A model generated the notes under the pieces. The model searched no databases and was not told the DNA's origin. It worked only from the letters and a program-made list of their open reading frames with translations. A stretch of 49,194 nt of DNA, taken from Tannerellaceae bacterium (GTDB lineage: Bacteria > Bacteroidota > Bacteroidia > Bacteroidales > Tannerellaceae). Position 1 is the first letter of the stretch. The number at the start of each line of letters is the position of its first letter. Position numbers and translations under genes: made by a program. Positions 34,942 through 43,526 of the stretch are shown piece by piece. The stretch is from the NCBI GenBank assembly GCA_021201565.1, contig JAJQES010000026.1, positions 1 through 49,194 of the forward strand, in the 5' to 3' direction.

Positions 34942-35029
34942 CCTGTTCACCCGGGTGAGCCACCTGTTCCACCCGGGTGAAGGACCTGACCCACCCGGAT
35001 GGAACAGGTGCCCCACCCGGGTGAACTGA
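34942..35029. repeat. 4 x 22-bp perfect-period tandem repeat, each unit carrying CACCCGGGTG
   Basis: Palindrome centres at 34952.5, 34974.5, 34996.5 and 35018.5. Confidence 0.85.
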
Positions 35030-35408
35030 AGATGTTTCCTGTAACTCTATGAACCTTTACAATAGAGAGGTTCAACATTCACACAAAGGTTCTCCTTATA
35101 TGGATAGGGAGATGTCCGCTTACACACGGGTCGTTTGAACCGGACTTACAGTCGGCAAATACTGCTGCATCCATTCCCCCGGGCGATGCTCCCGGGCTGT
35201 TAAGTTCTCTTTTATGATTTGTATGAAGTCCCGGAGGGACGTTCTATGTTAGCCCAGGGCAACACCCTGGGTAATAGATGATAAGAGAAAAGGAGTGCTG
35301 AATCGTAGATCGGCCTTAGCCAAAGCACGGCATAATAAAATAGCGACAGATTAATAGATTGTAATTTATGCCGTCCTTACAGGACTTAATAAAAATAATG
35401 TATTCAAA

Positions 35409-36932
35409 CCCAGGGTGTTGCCCAGTGATGTTCAGAAGATGGGCATGTTGCTGTTATTGGCCTAAAGAGAAAGACGTTTTTTTTCTTTGGGCTATGCCAG
35501 AGGCTTTTTTCTAGGGATAATGTAAATCCGTTTTCTTTAAATCCCCTCCACTTTGTATCACCATAATGGCTAATACCAGGTGTTCGAGTTCTATTCCCAT
35601 TCTTCTTATGGCACTCCTATAGCCCAGCAGGTTTTCCCGTTTATAAATCATTACTAGCATCGCTGTAATTAATGTCATATATAAAACCACCTGGATGCCA
35701 TTTTCATTTAAAGAAAGGAAGTGGGAGAAGTTTAACTCTTGCTTTAAAAAACGAAAGAATACCTCTATATCCCATCTGCGTTTATAGATCAAGGCAATCT
35801 CATTTGCACTCATATCAAAACAGTTTGTAATAAGTGTAATGGGTTTTTCAGCTCCTTGTGGTAAAAAACGAATCACCCGGAAGAGTTCCTCTACCACTTG
35901 TTGTCTATTTACTTCTTTACCATTCTTTCCTACCTCTTTTACTTTCTTATATAGTTTTACGTCCTGGTCAAAGAGTAACCTGCCACTTTCAAAACAAACG
36001 CCCTGTACAGAGCTTTCTTCTATAACTTTTAATTTACGGTTATCCTGCAGACGACCCACAAAGAGTAAACCCTTTTGGTTTTTCATTTCTTTAAATGCCT
36101 CGGCCGAACTCTGTCCCCTGTCAATAATGTAAACCCGGGCATGATCCGGATGTTTTTTTATGTGAGAGAGTATATTCTCTGGTAAAGCTACGCTTTCAGA
36201 GAGATAGGTGTTTTCTTTGTGTACACGTGCCAAAGAACCGAACATACCGTCAAAATTAATTGTAAATTTGAGTAGTTTTCGTTTTGCAGCCGCATTACCT
36301 GAGCTAAGTCCTTCTTTCAGACGGTTGGAGACATCCCTGACCAAAGTACTGTCCACACGCTCAAGGTAGAGATTGGCTACCTCTTTTTTTGTATATAAAG
36401 ACGAAAAATAGGTATAAATACTACTATAAGCTCTTTCAAAAAAGTCCACATTTATCACCCCAAGACGCTGAGATATAGCACTGTGAGAGATCGTGCCCTT
36501 ACCTTTATAATGAAAGATAGAACGAAAAAATGGTGAGCCAAAGGCTTCGCTCAGACCACGTTGACTTAAACGGGGGACTCTAAGTAACCCATAGATGAGA
36601 AGATAGAACATTAGTTTTCCGGATAATACTTTTGAACAGTAATCCACATGGGTCTGATCAGATAACAGGCAAAGTTCTTCATCTGGTATATACCCTAGAA
36701 TCTCCCCTAATGAGATTTTATGATTATATAAATGGCCACTCTTTTTCATCGATGACAAAAATAAACCTATCTTCTTTTTTTAAAGAAATCAAAAACCCAT
36801 ATTTATCAACAATTTATTAGTTCCACTGTTTGTAACTGCCATTTTTTTTGCAACTGGATTTTCAAACATATTTTTCTCGAACAAATAACTCAACTTTAAT
36901 ATCTTCTGAACATCACTGGGCAACGCCCTGGG
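35409..36932 (-). mobile_element. IS4-family insertion sequence (core, 1524 bp); outer repeat pair would extend it to 35226-36959
   Basis: 32-bp inverted repeats cccagggtgttgcccagtgatgttcagaagat / atcttctgaacatcactgggcaacgccctggg (31/32) bracket the transposase gene. A further perfect 35-nt inverted pair sits at 35226-35260 / 36925-36959. Confidence 0.7.
35511..36758 (-). CDS. IS4-family DDE transposase
   Basis: YKRRWDIEVFFRFLK = Y-(2)-R-(3)-E-(6)-K signature of IS4. The gene looks visibly AT-richer than its surroundings. Confidence 0.9.
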   Translation of the reverse strand: MSSMKKSGHLYNHKISLGEILGYIPDEELCLLSDQTHVDYCSKVLSGKLMFYLLIYGLLRVPRLSQRGLSEAFGSPFFRSIFHYKGKGTISHSAISQRLGVINVDFFERAYSSIYTYFSSLYTKKEVANLYLERVDSTLVRDVSNRLKEGLSSGNAAAKRKLLKFTINFDGMFGSLARVHKENTYLSESVALPENILSHIKKHPDHARVYIIDRGQSSAEAFKEMKNQKGLLFVGRLQDNRKLKVIEESSVQGVCFESGRLLFDQDVKLYKKVKEVGKNGKEVNRQQVVEELFRVIRFLPQGAEKPITLITNCFDMSANEIALIYKRRWDIEVFFRFLKQELNFSHFLSLNENGIQVVLYMTLITAMLVMIYKRENLLGYRSAIRRMGIELEHLVLAIMVIQSGGDLKKTDLHYP

Positions 36933-36975
36933 CTAACATAGAACGTCCCTCCGGGACTTAAAACGGAGAATTTAC

Positions 36976-37136
36976 CCCCGATAAACCGGGATGTTCCATT
37001 TGCAATCTTGGCCGGAGGGGATCTCCGGATCCCCGACTGCACGAGTATCAGGATCTGTGATCCGATTCACCGGTTATTTCAAAAATACCAGTTGGTCAGA
37101 GGGGACCCCGATAAACCGGGATGTTCCATTTGCAAT
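36976..37136. repeat. two identical 31-nt direct copies of module M (ccccgataaaccgggatgttccatttgcaat)
   Basis: 36976-37006 and 37106-37136. The same module lies inside E1 (15688-15722, inverted) and E2 (19004-19038). Confidence 0.85.
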
Positions 37137-37399
37137 CCCCGGCTAACGGGTATTAGAATCTGTGATTCTAAAAATAAATAAATACCGAATAAACCGGGAC
37201 GTATGTGTTAGTAAAGCGGATCACAGATCCTTATACTCAACAGGCGGGGATTACAAATCCCCTTCAACCAACAGACTATTTATTCTTAAGTTGACGGCAT
37301 TGGGCAATACTGTCGGTTATCGCCTTCGCAGGGAACAAATGTGTGGTTTTTCTGAATGAGATAACTTTTGTAGGACGATACAGTGGTCCCCCAATCCTA

Positions 37400-37452
37400 T
37401 AAATAAGGCACGGATTACACTGAGTTAAAACTAACTTGTGTAATCCGTGCCT
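37400..37452 (-). terminator. terminator hairpin downstream of the PBP1A gene
   Basis: Perfect 15-bp stem AGGCACGGATTACAC / GTGTAATCCGTGCCT, 38 nt after the stop, followed on the minus strand by TATTTATA. Confidence 0.65.
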
Positions 37453-37489
37453 AAGTATCTTGTTGGAACAGACTCTTTTTATTGAATCT

Positions 37490-39835
37490 TTACTCGTACA
37501 TTTTATCTATTCCTCCGGTATCCGGTACACTACCCGGCTCACTCACTGTGGATGCTGTCTGGCAGGGATTTGCATATTGTTCAGGCACCTCGAAGTCTTC
37601 ACTCTGTGAATAGCCCAGGGATTCATCGGCATATACTTTTTGCATATATATTCCATAGATAGGTAAGGCCATAGAGGCTCCCTGTCCTACTGCCATCCGG
37701 TCAAAGTGGATCGAACGTTCTTCACCACCAACCCAGACACCACCGACCAGACTGGGTGTGAATCCCATAAACCATCCGTCAGAGTTGTTCTGCGTCGTAC
37801 CGGTCTTTCCTCCCATAGGAGCGGTAAGCTGATAGATCCTGCGGATACGGCTACCTGTCCCCCCGTCTATTACGGAACGTAACATATATAACATCTTAAA
37901 GGCGGCATCTTCCGGCAATACTTCACTCATTTGCGGATTAAAGGTGGCAATGGTGTTCCCATACGGATCTTCAATGCGGGTGACATACAAGGGTTCTACC
38001 CGGATTCCTTTATTGGCGAATACAGAGTAACCACTGACCATTTCTCCGACAGAAACGTCGGGAGTTCCCAGTGCCATAGAGATCACCGGATCAATGTGTC
38101 CTTTCAGACCATAGGAACGCAACAAACGTGTCAATGTGTACGGAGAGAGTCTACTCATCAGATAAGCAGTTACCCAGTTAGAAGAGTTCTGTAATCCCCA
38201 TTGAATGGTTACCCATTCTCCTTCACGGGCACGGGTAGAGTTACGGGGAACCCACTGTTTACCGTTTTCATCCCGCAGGTATTGTTGTACGTGCAAGGTT
38301 CCGTCACACGGGGTAAACCCTTCGATCATGGCTAACGAATAAAGGAAAGGTTTCATGGTAGAACCAATCTGCCGGCGCCCTCCGTTCACCATATCATACT
38401 GGAAATCATTATAATCAATACCTCCTACATAAGCTTTTACATGCCCGTTCCGGGGGTCCATAGACATAAAGGCGGTACGAAGGAAACTTTTATGGTAACG
38501 GATGGAATCCATCGGAGACATAATGGTGTCAATCTGGCCATGCCAGCTAAATACGCTCATATCCACAGGCGTATTAAATTCTGCCAGAATATCGCTTTCA
38601 CTAACCCCTTTCCGTTTCAAACCACGGTAACGGTCTGTCTGGCGCATGGAACGAACCAGAATCGTGTCCACCTGTGCCTGTGACAGGTTACGGGAGAACG
38701 GCGCATAGCTTCTGCCTTCTTTTTCTTTAAAGAAAGCAGGCTGCAGATAACCGCCTACATGTTCACGGACAGCTTCTTCCGCATACTGCTGCATACGGGA
38801 ATCGATCGTCGTATAGATTTTCAGGCCATCGGTATAAATATTATATTTCTCACCGTCTGCTTTTGTATTTTTGGCACACCAGCCATACAACGGATTAGTC
38901 GCCCAGGAAACAGAATCTTCCACAAATTTATCCTGGTACCACACACTGTATTTGCTCCGGTCGGGCTCAGAAGCTGTCATAATCATACGCAGATATTCCC
39001 GGAAATAAGGGGCCGGACCTTCTTTATGGTCTATACGTTTAAAGCGTAGTTTCAACGGCAGTCCACTCAGGGAATCAGTCTGCGCAGGCGTCAGAAACCC
39101 GGCTTTTTCCATTTGTTCAAATACCTGGTTCCGGCGGCCACGGCTTCTTTCATTGTAACGTACGGGATTAAAATAGGAAGGGTTCTTACACATTCCGATC
39201 AGGGTAGCAGCCTCTTCCGGCCGCAATGTTTTGGGAGTGGCCTCAAAATAGACCCTGGAGGCTGATTGAATACCGACCGCATTATAAAGGAAGTCAAATT
39301 TGTTCAGATACATATTGATGATCTCTTCCTTGGTATAATAGCGTTCCAGCTGAACCGCGATCACCCATTCAATCGGTTTCTGGAAAAGACGTTCCATCCG
39401 GCTATCGGCACTGGGCGAGAACAACAATTTAGCCAACTGTTGGGTAATCGTACTCCCGCCTCCACCGGACGAACTCCGCAGCAATCCGGTTTTGATAACC
39501 GCACGAAACACTCCCTGGGCATCGATCCCACTGTGTTTGGCAAACCGGACATCTTCCGTTGCAATCAACGCTTTCACCAGATCCGGGGAAAGGTCATTGT
39601 AATTGACATAAATACGGTTGTCATCACTATGCGCGTAACTTCCCAGCGTTTTCCCATCTACCGAGATCACCTGGGAGGCATATTTATCAATCGGATTTTC
39701 CAGTTGTTCCCAGGAGGGCATATACCCGATCCACCCATGCGCAATTCCTGTAAACAGGATAAAAAGTCCTAAAATAATCAGGAAATATATTGTCCAAAAA
39801 GATATTATAATACTTCTCTTAACCCTTGCAGTCAT
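37490..39835 (-). CDS. mrcA: bifunctional penicillin-binding protein 1A (transglycosylase/transpeptidase)
   Basis: EDVRFAKHSGID, GGSTITQQ (GT51); STMKP, SSN, KTGT (transpeptidase). Confidence 0.9.
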   Translation of the reverse strand: MTARVKRSIIISFWTIYFLIILGLFILFTGIAHGWIGYMPSWEQLENPIDKYASQVISVDGKTLGSYAHSDDNRIYVNYNDLSPDLVKALIATEDVRFAKHSGIDAQGVFRAVIKTGLLRSSSGGGGSTITQQLAKLLFSPSADSRMERLFQKPIEWVIAVQLERYYTKEEIINMYLNKFDFLYNAVGIQSASRVYFEATPKTLRPEEAATLIGMCKNPSYFNPVRYNERSRGRRNQVFEQMEKAGFLTPAQTDSLSGLPLKLRFKRIDHKEGPAPYFREYLRMIMTASEPDRSKYSVWYQDKFVEDSVSWATNPLYGWCAKNTKADGEKYNIYTDGLKIYTTIDSRMQQYAEEAVREHVGGYLQPAFFKEKEGRSYAPFSRNLSQAQVDTILVRSMRQTDRYRGLKRKGVSESDILAEFNTPVDMSVFSWHGQIDTIMSPMDSIRYHKSFLRTAFMSMDPRNGHVKAYVGGIDYNDFQYDMVNGGRRQIGSTMKPFLYSLAMIEGFTPCDGTLHVQQYLRDENGKQWVPRNSTRAREGEWVTIQWGLQNSSNWVTAYLMSRLSPYTLTRLLRSYGLKGHIDPVISMALGTPDVSVGEMVSGYSVFANKGIRVEPLYVTRIEDPYGNTIATFNPQMSEVLPEDAAFKMLYMLRSVIDGGTGSRIRRIYQLTAPMGGKTGTTQNNSDGWFMGFTPSLVGGVWVGGEERSIHFDRMAVGQGASMALPIYGIYMQKVYADESLGYSQSEDFEVPEQYANPCQTASTVSEPGSVPDTGGIDKMYE

Positions 39836-39996
39836 ATATACTTTATATTTATAAAGTCAAAATTAAATCGCAAAGTTATAAAAAATAGACAGTTTATCTA
39901 TTTATTTATTCCTTATGATTCTTCTTCACATATCTCTATAAACAGAATTTGACCCTTTCAGTTCGGAAATATATAAAAGAAGGAATGTTAAAATTC

Positions 39997-40551
39997 TTAT
40001 GAGGGCTGTTTTTCTTTCGGTTTGCGATCAAAAAACGGGTTTTTACTGGAAGCACTGACCGGAATGGCCATGACACAGGAAGCCTCTCCCAGATATTTTA
40101 ACCGTTGTGCCGCCCATCCGGCGCTAAACATCACCCGGGTATCTACACGCAGGTCTGCCGCAGTCGCACAAGCTGACCCGACAGCAATTCCCACATCTAC
40201 CGTATTGATTGCGCAGGGAACCGGTCCTGGCTTAGCTGTACAGAGCGGATATCCGCAATGCCCACAATTCAGGTGCTGCACCTGCTGAGCAGTCCCGACC
40301 AGGATAATTGCTCCTGCCTGAAGAATATTCTCTGCATCCCGCAGAATAAACTTCAGGCCGGTCTCCTCCGCCAGTTCAAACATATAGGAAGACAAACGGG
40401 GAATATCCTCTCCGGTCAGCATACCAATCTCAATAATATCCAAACCTTTCCCTTTAGGGGCCGTACGGGCTGCCGTCATCATTTGCCGGGCCACATGCAG
40501 AATATGTGCATTCCGCGTCTCTCTTTCGTTCTCAAACACTTCTGTAAGCAA
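39997..40551 (-). CDS. DUF2148 ferredoxin-domain protein
   Basis: TAPKGKG ... CGHCGYPLC pattern, 184 aa. TTG start abuts the Q2 repeat, so the start is uncertain. Confidence 0.65.
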   Translation of the reverse strand: MLTEVFENERETRNAHILHVARQMMTAARTAPKGKGLDIIEIGMLTGEDIPRLSSYMFELAEETGLKFILRDAENILQAGAIILVGTAQQVQHLNCGHCGYPLCTAKPGPVPCAINTVDVGIAVGSACATAADLRVDTRVMFSAGWAAQRLKYLGEASCVMAIPVSASSKNPFFDRKPKEKQPS

Positions 40552-40716
40552 TTGCTAATTGACAATGGACAATTGACAATGGATGTCAATACCCAGGACC
40601 AATCAGTAGTTAATAATCTTTTGACCCCGTAAAATTACAACATTTTAAATAATTGACAATTGACAAAAAACAGTTGACAATGAAAATTGTCCATTGTCAA
40701 CTGTCCATTGTCAAAT
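40551..40716. repeat. Q-type long hairpin element (copy 2)
   Basis: attgctaattgacaatggacaattgacaatggatgtcaat ... attgtccattgtcaactgtccattgtcaaat, plus a local hairpin cagttgacaatg/cattgtcaactg. Confidence 0.8.
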
Positions 40717-42814
40717 AGTTCGTCATCTCCTCCGTAGGGCGAAAATCAAACGGGGGATACTTATAGATACTGAAACGGGGTTCGGTTTGTCCTTCACAAT
40801 ATCCCCAGATAGAGGCATACTCTTTTATGGATTCCCCCATCTCCCTCAATTGCCGGAGATAAGCCGCGACCGATTTATTTTCAACAATATACACTTCTCC
40901 CATCCGGTCAATGATGGGACTATGGGCACGGCTGCCGTCATGGTCAAACTTTGACACCCGCTTCCCATCGGCGGTAATGCCCACTGTTACAAATGTCATA
41001 CTTTTACCAATAGCCGGCAGATTCAATACATTCCGGTCCGTGCCGGCAAAAAGCAATTTGTTTTCTTTCAGGAAGCGGGGCAAATAGTTCCATAGTGGCT
41101 GCTTAGTACGGATCAATTGATGCAATTCTTCCCGTTTTGCCATCGGCATATAGCCAAACACTTTCTCCTCCCGGCTTTCCTGCAGGGAACGGCTGTTAGG
41201 CGCATACATGGCATAATTTTCCTGATAGCCTTTTACGGAGAAGGTATAATAACATACCACTCCGGCCGAATTCAACGCCTGCCGTAGTTTAGCCGTATGC
41301 CCCCGCCGGGAAGCCGTAACAGTGAAAACCAGTTGATTGGTAATAGTCCACCCGGCCTCCTGAATAGCCCGAATGGCACTGAACGCTTCCGGGGTCAGTT
41401 CCAAAGGAGACTGAAAATGGGTCTGAATATAAAATTGTTTTATTCCTACCGAAACTCCTTTCTGTTTAAAATCCCGCAGGATCTCAACGAGTTCGGGAGT
41501 AATCCGCTGAGGGAGATAAGCCAATAAACGGGAGCCCAATCGTACCCGTTGTATTTCTGTGTACTTCTCTCCGTCGGCCCTTCCTTCATTCGCTTTTTTC
41601 TTCCGGATAGCCATCCGGTAAACCGCATCCAGGATCTTACGCAGCGTCGCATTCTGGCTCATCAATGCATCTCCACCGGTAATCAAAATATCCCGTAACC
41701 GGGAATCATGTTCAAAATAAGACATCAACCGCCGCAACCGCAGATCCCACGTATCTTTAGGTTTGAGGGCTTCCAGGTCAAAATTCAACCGGCGGCTCTG
41801 AAAATCATACATACGCTGGCAGGAAGCACACAATCCTCCGCAGGCACGCCCCATAGAATCAGGAATCAGGATGGCCACTTCCGGATACCGCCTGTGGATA
41901 TTATGTCCCTCCGGCAGAAACCAACCGGCCGCATTGGGTTTACCCGGTTCTACTTCGTCTTCTTTTTCCCAGGCTTTTATCTGGCCGTATGTATCGACCA
42001 ACTCTTCGGAATAGAGAATATAACTCCGGATCGTGCGGTCATCGTATCCTTCTTCATACGGATTCAACAGGGACAAATAGTAAGGAGTCACAAAAAAAGG
42101 CATTTGCTTTTTCCGGCCGCGCAACAACGTATTCATCGTCTCTTCCGGTAAAGTATTTCCCAAAAAGGCATTTAATTCGGTGGGACTTTTAATAGCCATT
42201 GCCAGGTGAAAGCGGGCACTTTTCCACCATTCTTCTACCTGATTGTATTTTTCTTCCCGGGTCATGCCGGGAGCAAACTGGTATTTGGAGGAAGGGGCAT
42301 GCCGTTTCTCTATTTTGCGGATAAGTCCTTCTATAATGCGGTGTTTATTCTTTTGCCGGATCTCCTGCACTTCCGGGTCCAATCCTGCCGGCCAACGCTG
42401 CATCTGCTTCTTCAACCATCCGCGGTCAGGTATAACCGGCTCCTCCTGTTCCAGTAATTCAAACTGATGGTACAGATCCAGAAACAAATCGGGAGAGACC
42501 GGCTCTTTCAGCTCACTCCGCAGGAAAAGCCACAACCAGGTGATTGTAAAAAGAGAAGAGCGTTCGCCGGTGGATAATTCATCCACTTCTGTATGATCAT
42601 ACTCAATAAACCGCAAAATCCGTTCAATGACCGCCTCTTTCTCTGTTCCGCCGCTTCCGGATAGATGAAAAGAATGGACATACGAACGCAAATTATCTTT
42701 AAATGTTTCTATATCCATACTTTGTATTGCTAATTCAAATAACGCCGGAAAGCGATTTTTATATTGTATTAACAACTGAGAATTAGTAAGATCCAACAGA
42801 CTTCTTTTTACCAT
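40697..42814 (-). CDS. KamA-family (lysine 2,3-aminomutase-like) radical SAM protein, long form
   Basis: CGGLCASC = CxxxCxxC at about residue 320 of 705, with KamA-like context. Large N- and C-terminal extensions. Confidence 0.8.
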   Translation of the reverse strand: MVKRSLLDLTNSQLLIQYKNRFPALFELAIQSMDIETFKDNLRSYVHSFHLSGSGGTEKEAVIERILRFIEYDHTEVDELSTGERSSLFTITWLWLFLRSELKEPVSPDLFLDLYHQFELLEQEEPVIPDRGWLKKQMQRWPAGLDPEVQEIRQKNKHRIIEGLIRKIEKRHAPSSKYQFAPGMTREEKYNQVEEWWKSARFHLAMAIKSPTELNAFLGNTLPEETMNTLLRGRKKQMPFFVTPYYLSLLNPYEEGYDDRTIRSYILYSEELVDTYGQIKAWEKEDEVEPGKPNAAGWFLPEGHNIHRRYPEVAILIPDSMGRACGGLCASCQRMYDFQSRRLNFDLEALKPKDTWDLRLRRLMSYFEHDSRLRDILITGGDALMSQNATLRKILDAVYRMAIRKKKANEGRADGEKYTEIQRVRLGSRLLAYLPQRITPELVEILRDFKQKGVSVGIKQFYIQTHFQSPLELTPEAFSAIRAIQEAGWTITNQLVFTVTASRRGHTAKLRQALNSAGVVCYYTFSVKGYQENYAMYAPNSRSLQESREEKVFGYMPMAKREELHQLIRTKQPLWNYLPRFLKENKLLFAGTDRNVLNLPAIGKSMTFVTVGITADGKRVSKFDHDGSRAHSPIIDRMGEVYIVENKSVAAYLRQLREMGESIKEYASIWGYCEGQTEPRFSIYKYPPFDFRPTEEMTNYLTMDS

Positions 42815-42958
42815 AAAAACAACCTTTTTTTAATTTTGTACGCGTTTGTTATCTGTTTCACACATAGCAGATAGTTAACAAATATACTAAAAAATCCCTA
42901 ACCCGGCAAAAAAACAGCTTACGTCCCTGCATGCATGCGGAGTTTTTATAGAAATTTG

Positions 42959-42966
42959 TAACTTTG
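42959..42966 (+). promoter_or_regulatory. candidate -7 box for the GNAT gene
   Basis: TAACTTTG, 30 nt upstream of ATG 42996. Confidence 0.35.
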
Positions 42967-42995
42967 GCAGTTATTATTTTTAGATATACAGATCT

Positions 42996-43526
42996 ATGGA
43001 AAAAAGAAAAATTCAGTCTTGCGGGGATAAATGGTATGAACCATTCCGTGAAATATATACCGGTTCCTTTCCACTGCATGAGCAACGGACAGAGGAACAG
43101 CAACAGAAAGCCTTCAATGATCCTCATTATTTTTTGGAGATCACTGTACAGAATGAACAGGTCCTGTCTTTTATTTCTTACTGGGAGTTTCCTTCCTATA
43201 TTTATATAGAGCACCTGGCTGTCAATCCGGATTGCAGAGGCCGGCAGATAGGAAGTCGTTTGTTAGAAGATTTTACAGGAGCGCATTCAAAAACAGTCCT
43301 GCTGGAAATTGACCCGCTAACAACGGATATTGCCTGTAAACGGTTAGTCTTTTATGATAGAAACGGTTTCCATAAAAACGAGTATGCCCATTTTCATCCT
43401 CCCTACCACAGGGAATATCCTCCCCATGAACTCATTGTCTTAAGTCATGGACGGGCATTGACCCCGGAAGAATATACCACCTTCCGGGAGGATCTGGAAG
43501 AGATTGTAATGAATATGGAGAAATAG
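42996..43526 (+). CDS. GNAT-family N-acetyltransferase
   Basis: IEHLAVNPDCRGRQIGSRLLE acetyl-CoA-binding motif (Q/RxxGxG/A). Confidence 0.85.
   Translation: MEKRKIQSCGDKWYEPFREIYTGSFPLHEQRTEEQQQKAFNDPHYFLEITVQNEQVLSFISYWEFPSYIYIEHLAVNPDCRGRQIGSRLLEDFTGAHSKTVLLEIDPLTTDIACKRLVFYDRNGFHKNEYAHFHPPYHREYPPHELIVLSHGRALTPEEYTTFREDLEEIVMNMEK

Noticed and set aside
37162-37359. 65-aa ORF between the IS and the PBP1A gene. Also the 73-aa ORF at 15670-15891 and the 132-aa ORF at 11611-12009.
   Set aside because: All are read through repeat units (M, V, Q elements) or antisense to rhaA. Their sequence is dictated by hairpin repeats rather than showing coding features.
42858-43214. 118-aa minus-strand ORF, and the 81-aa ORF at 42964-43209, in the KamA/GNAT divergent region.
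   Set aside because: They overlap the well-supported GNAT gene and its promoter, have low-complexity hydrophobic composition, and match no recognisable family.
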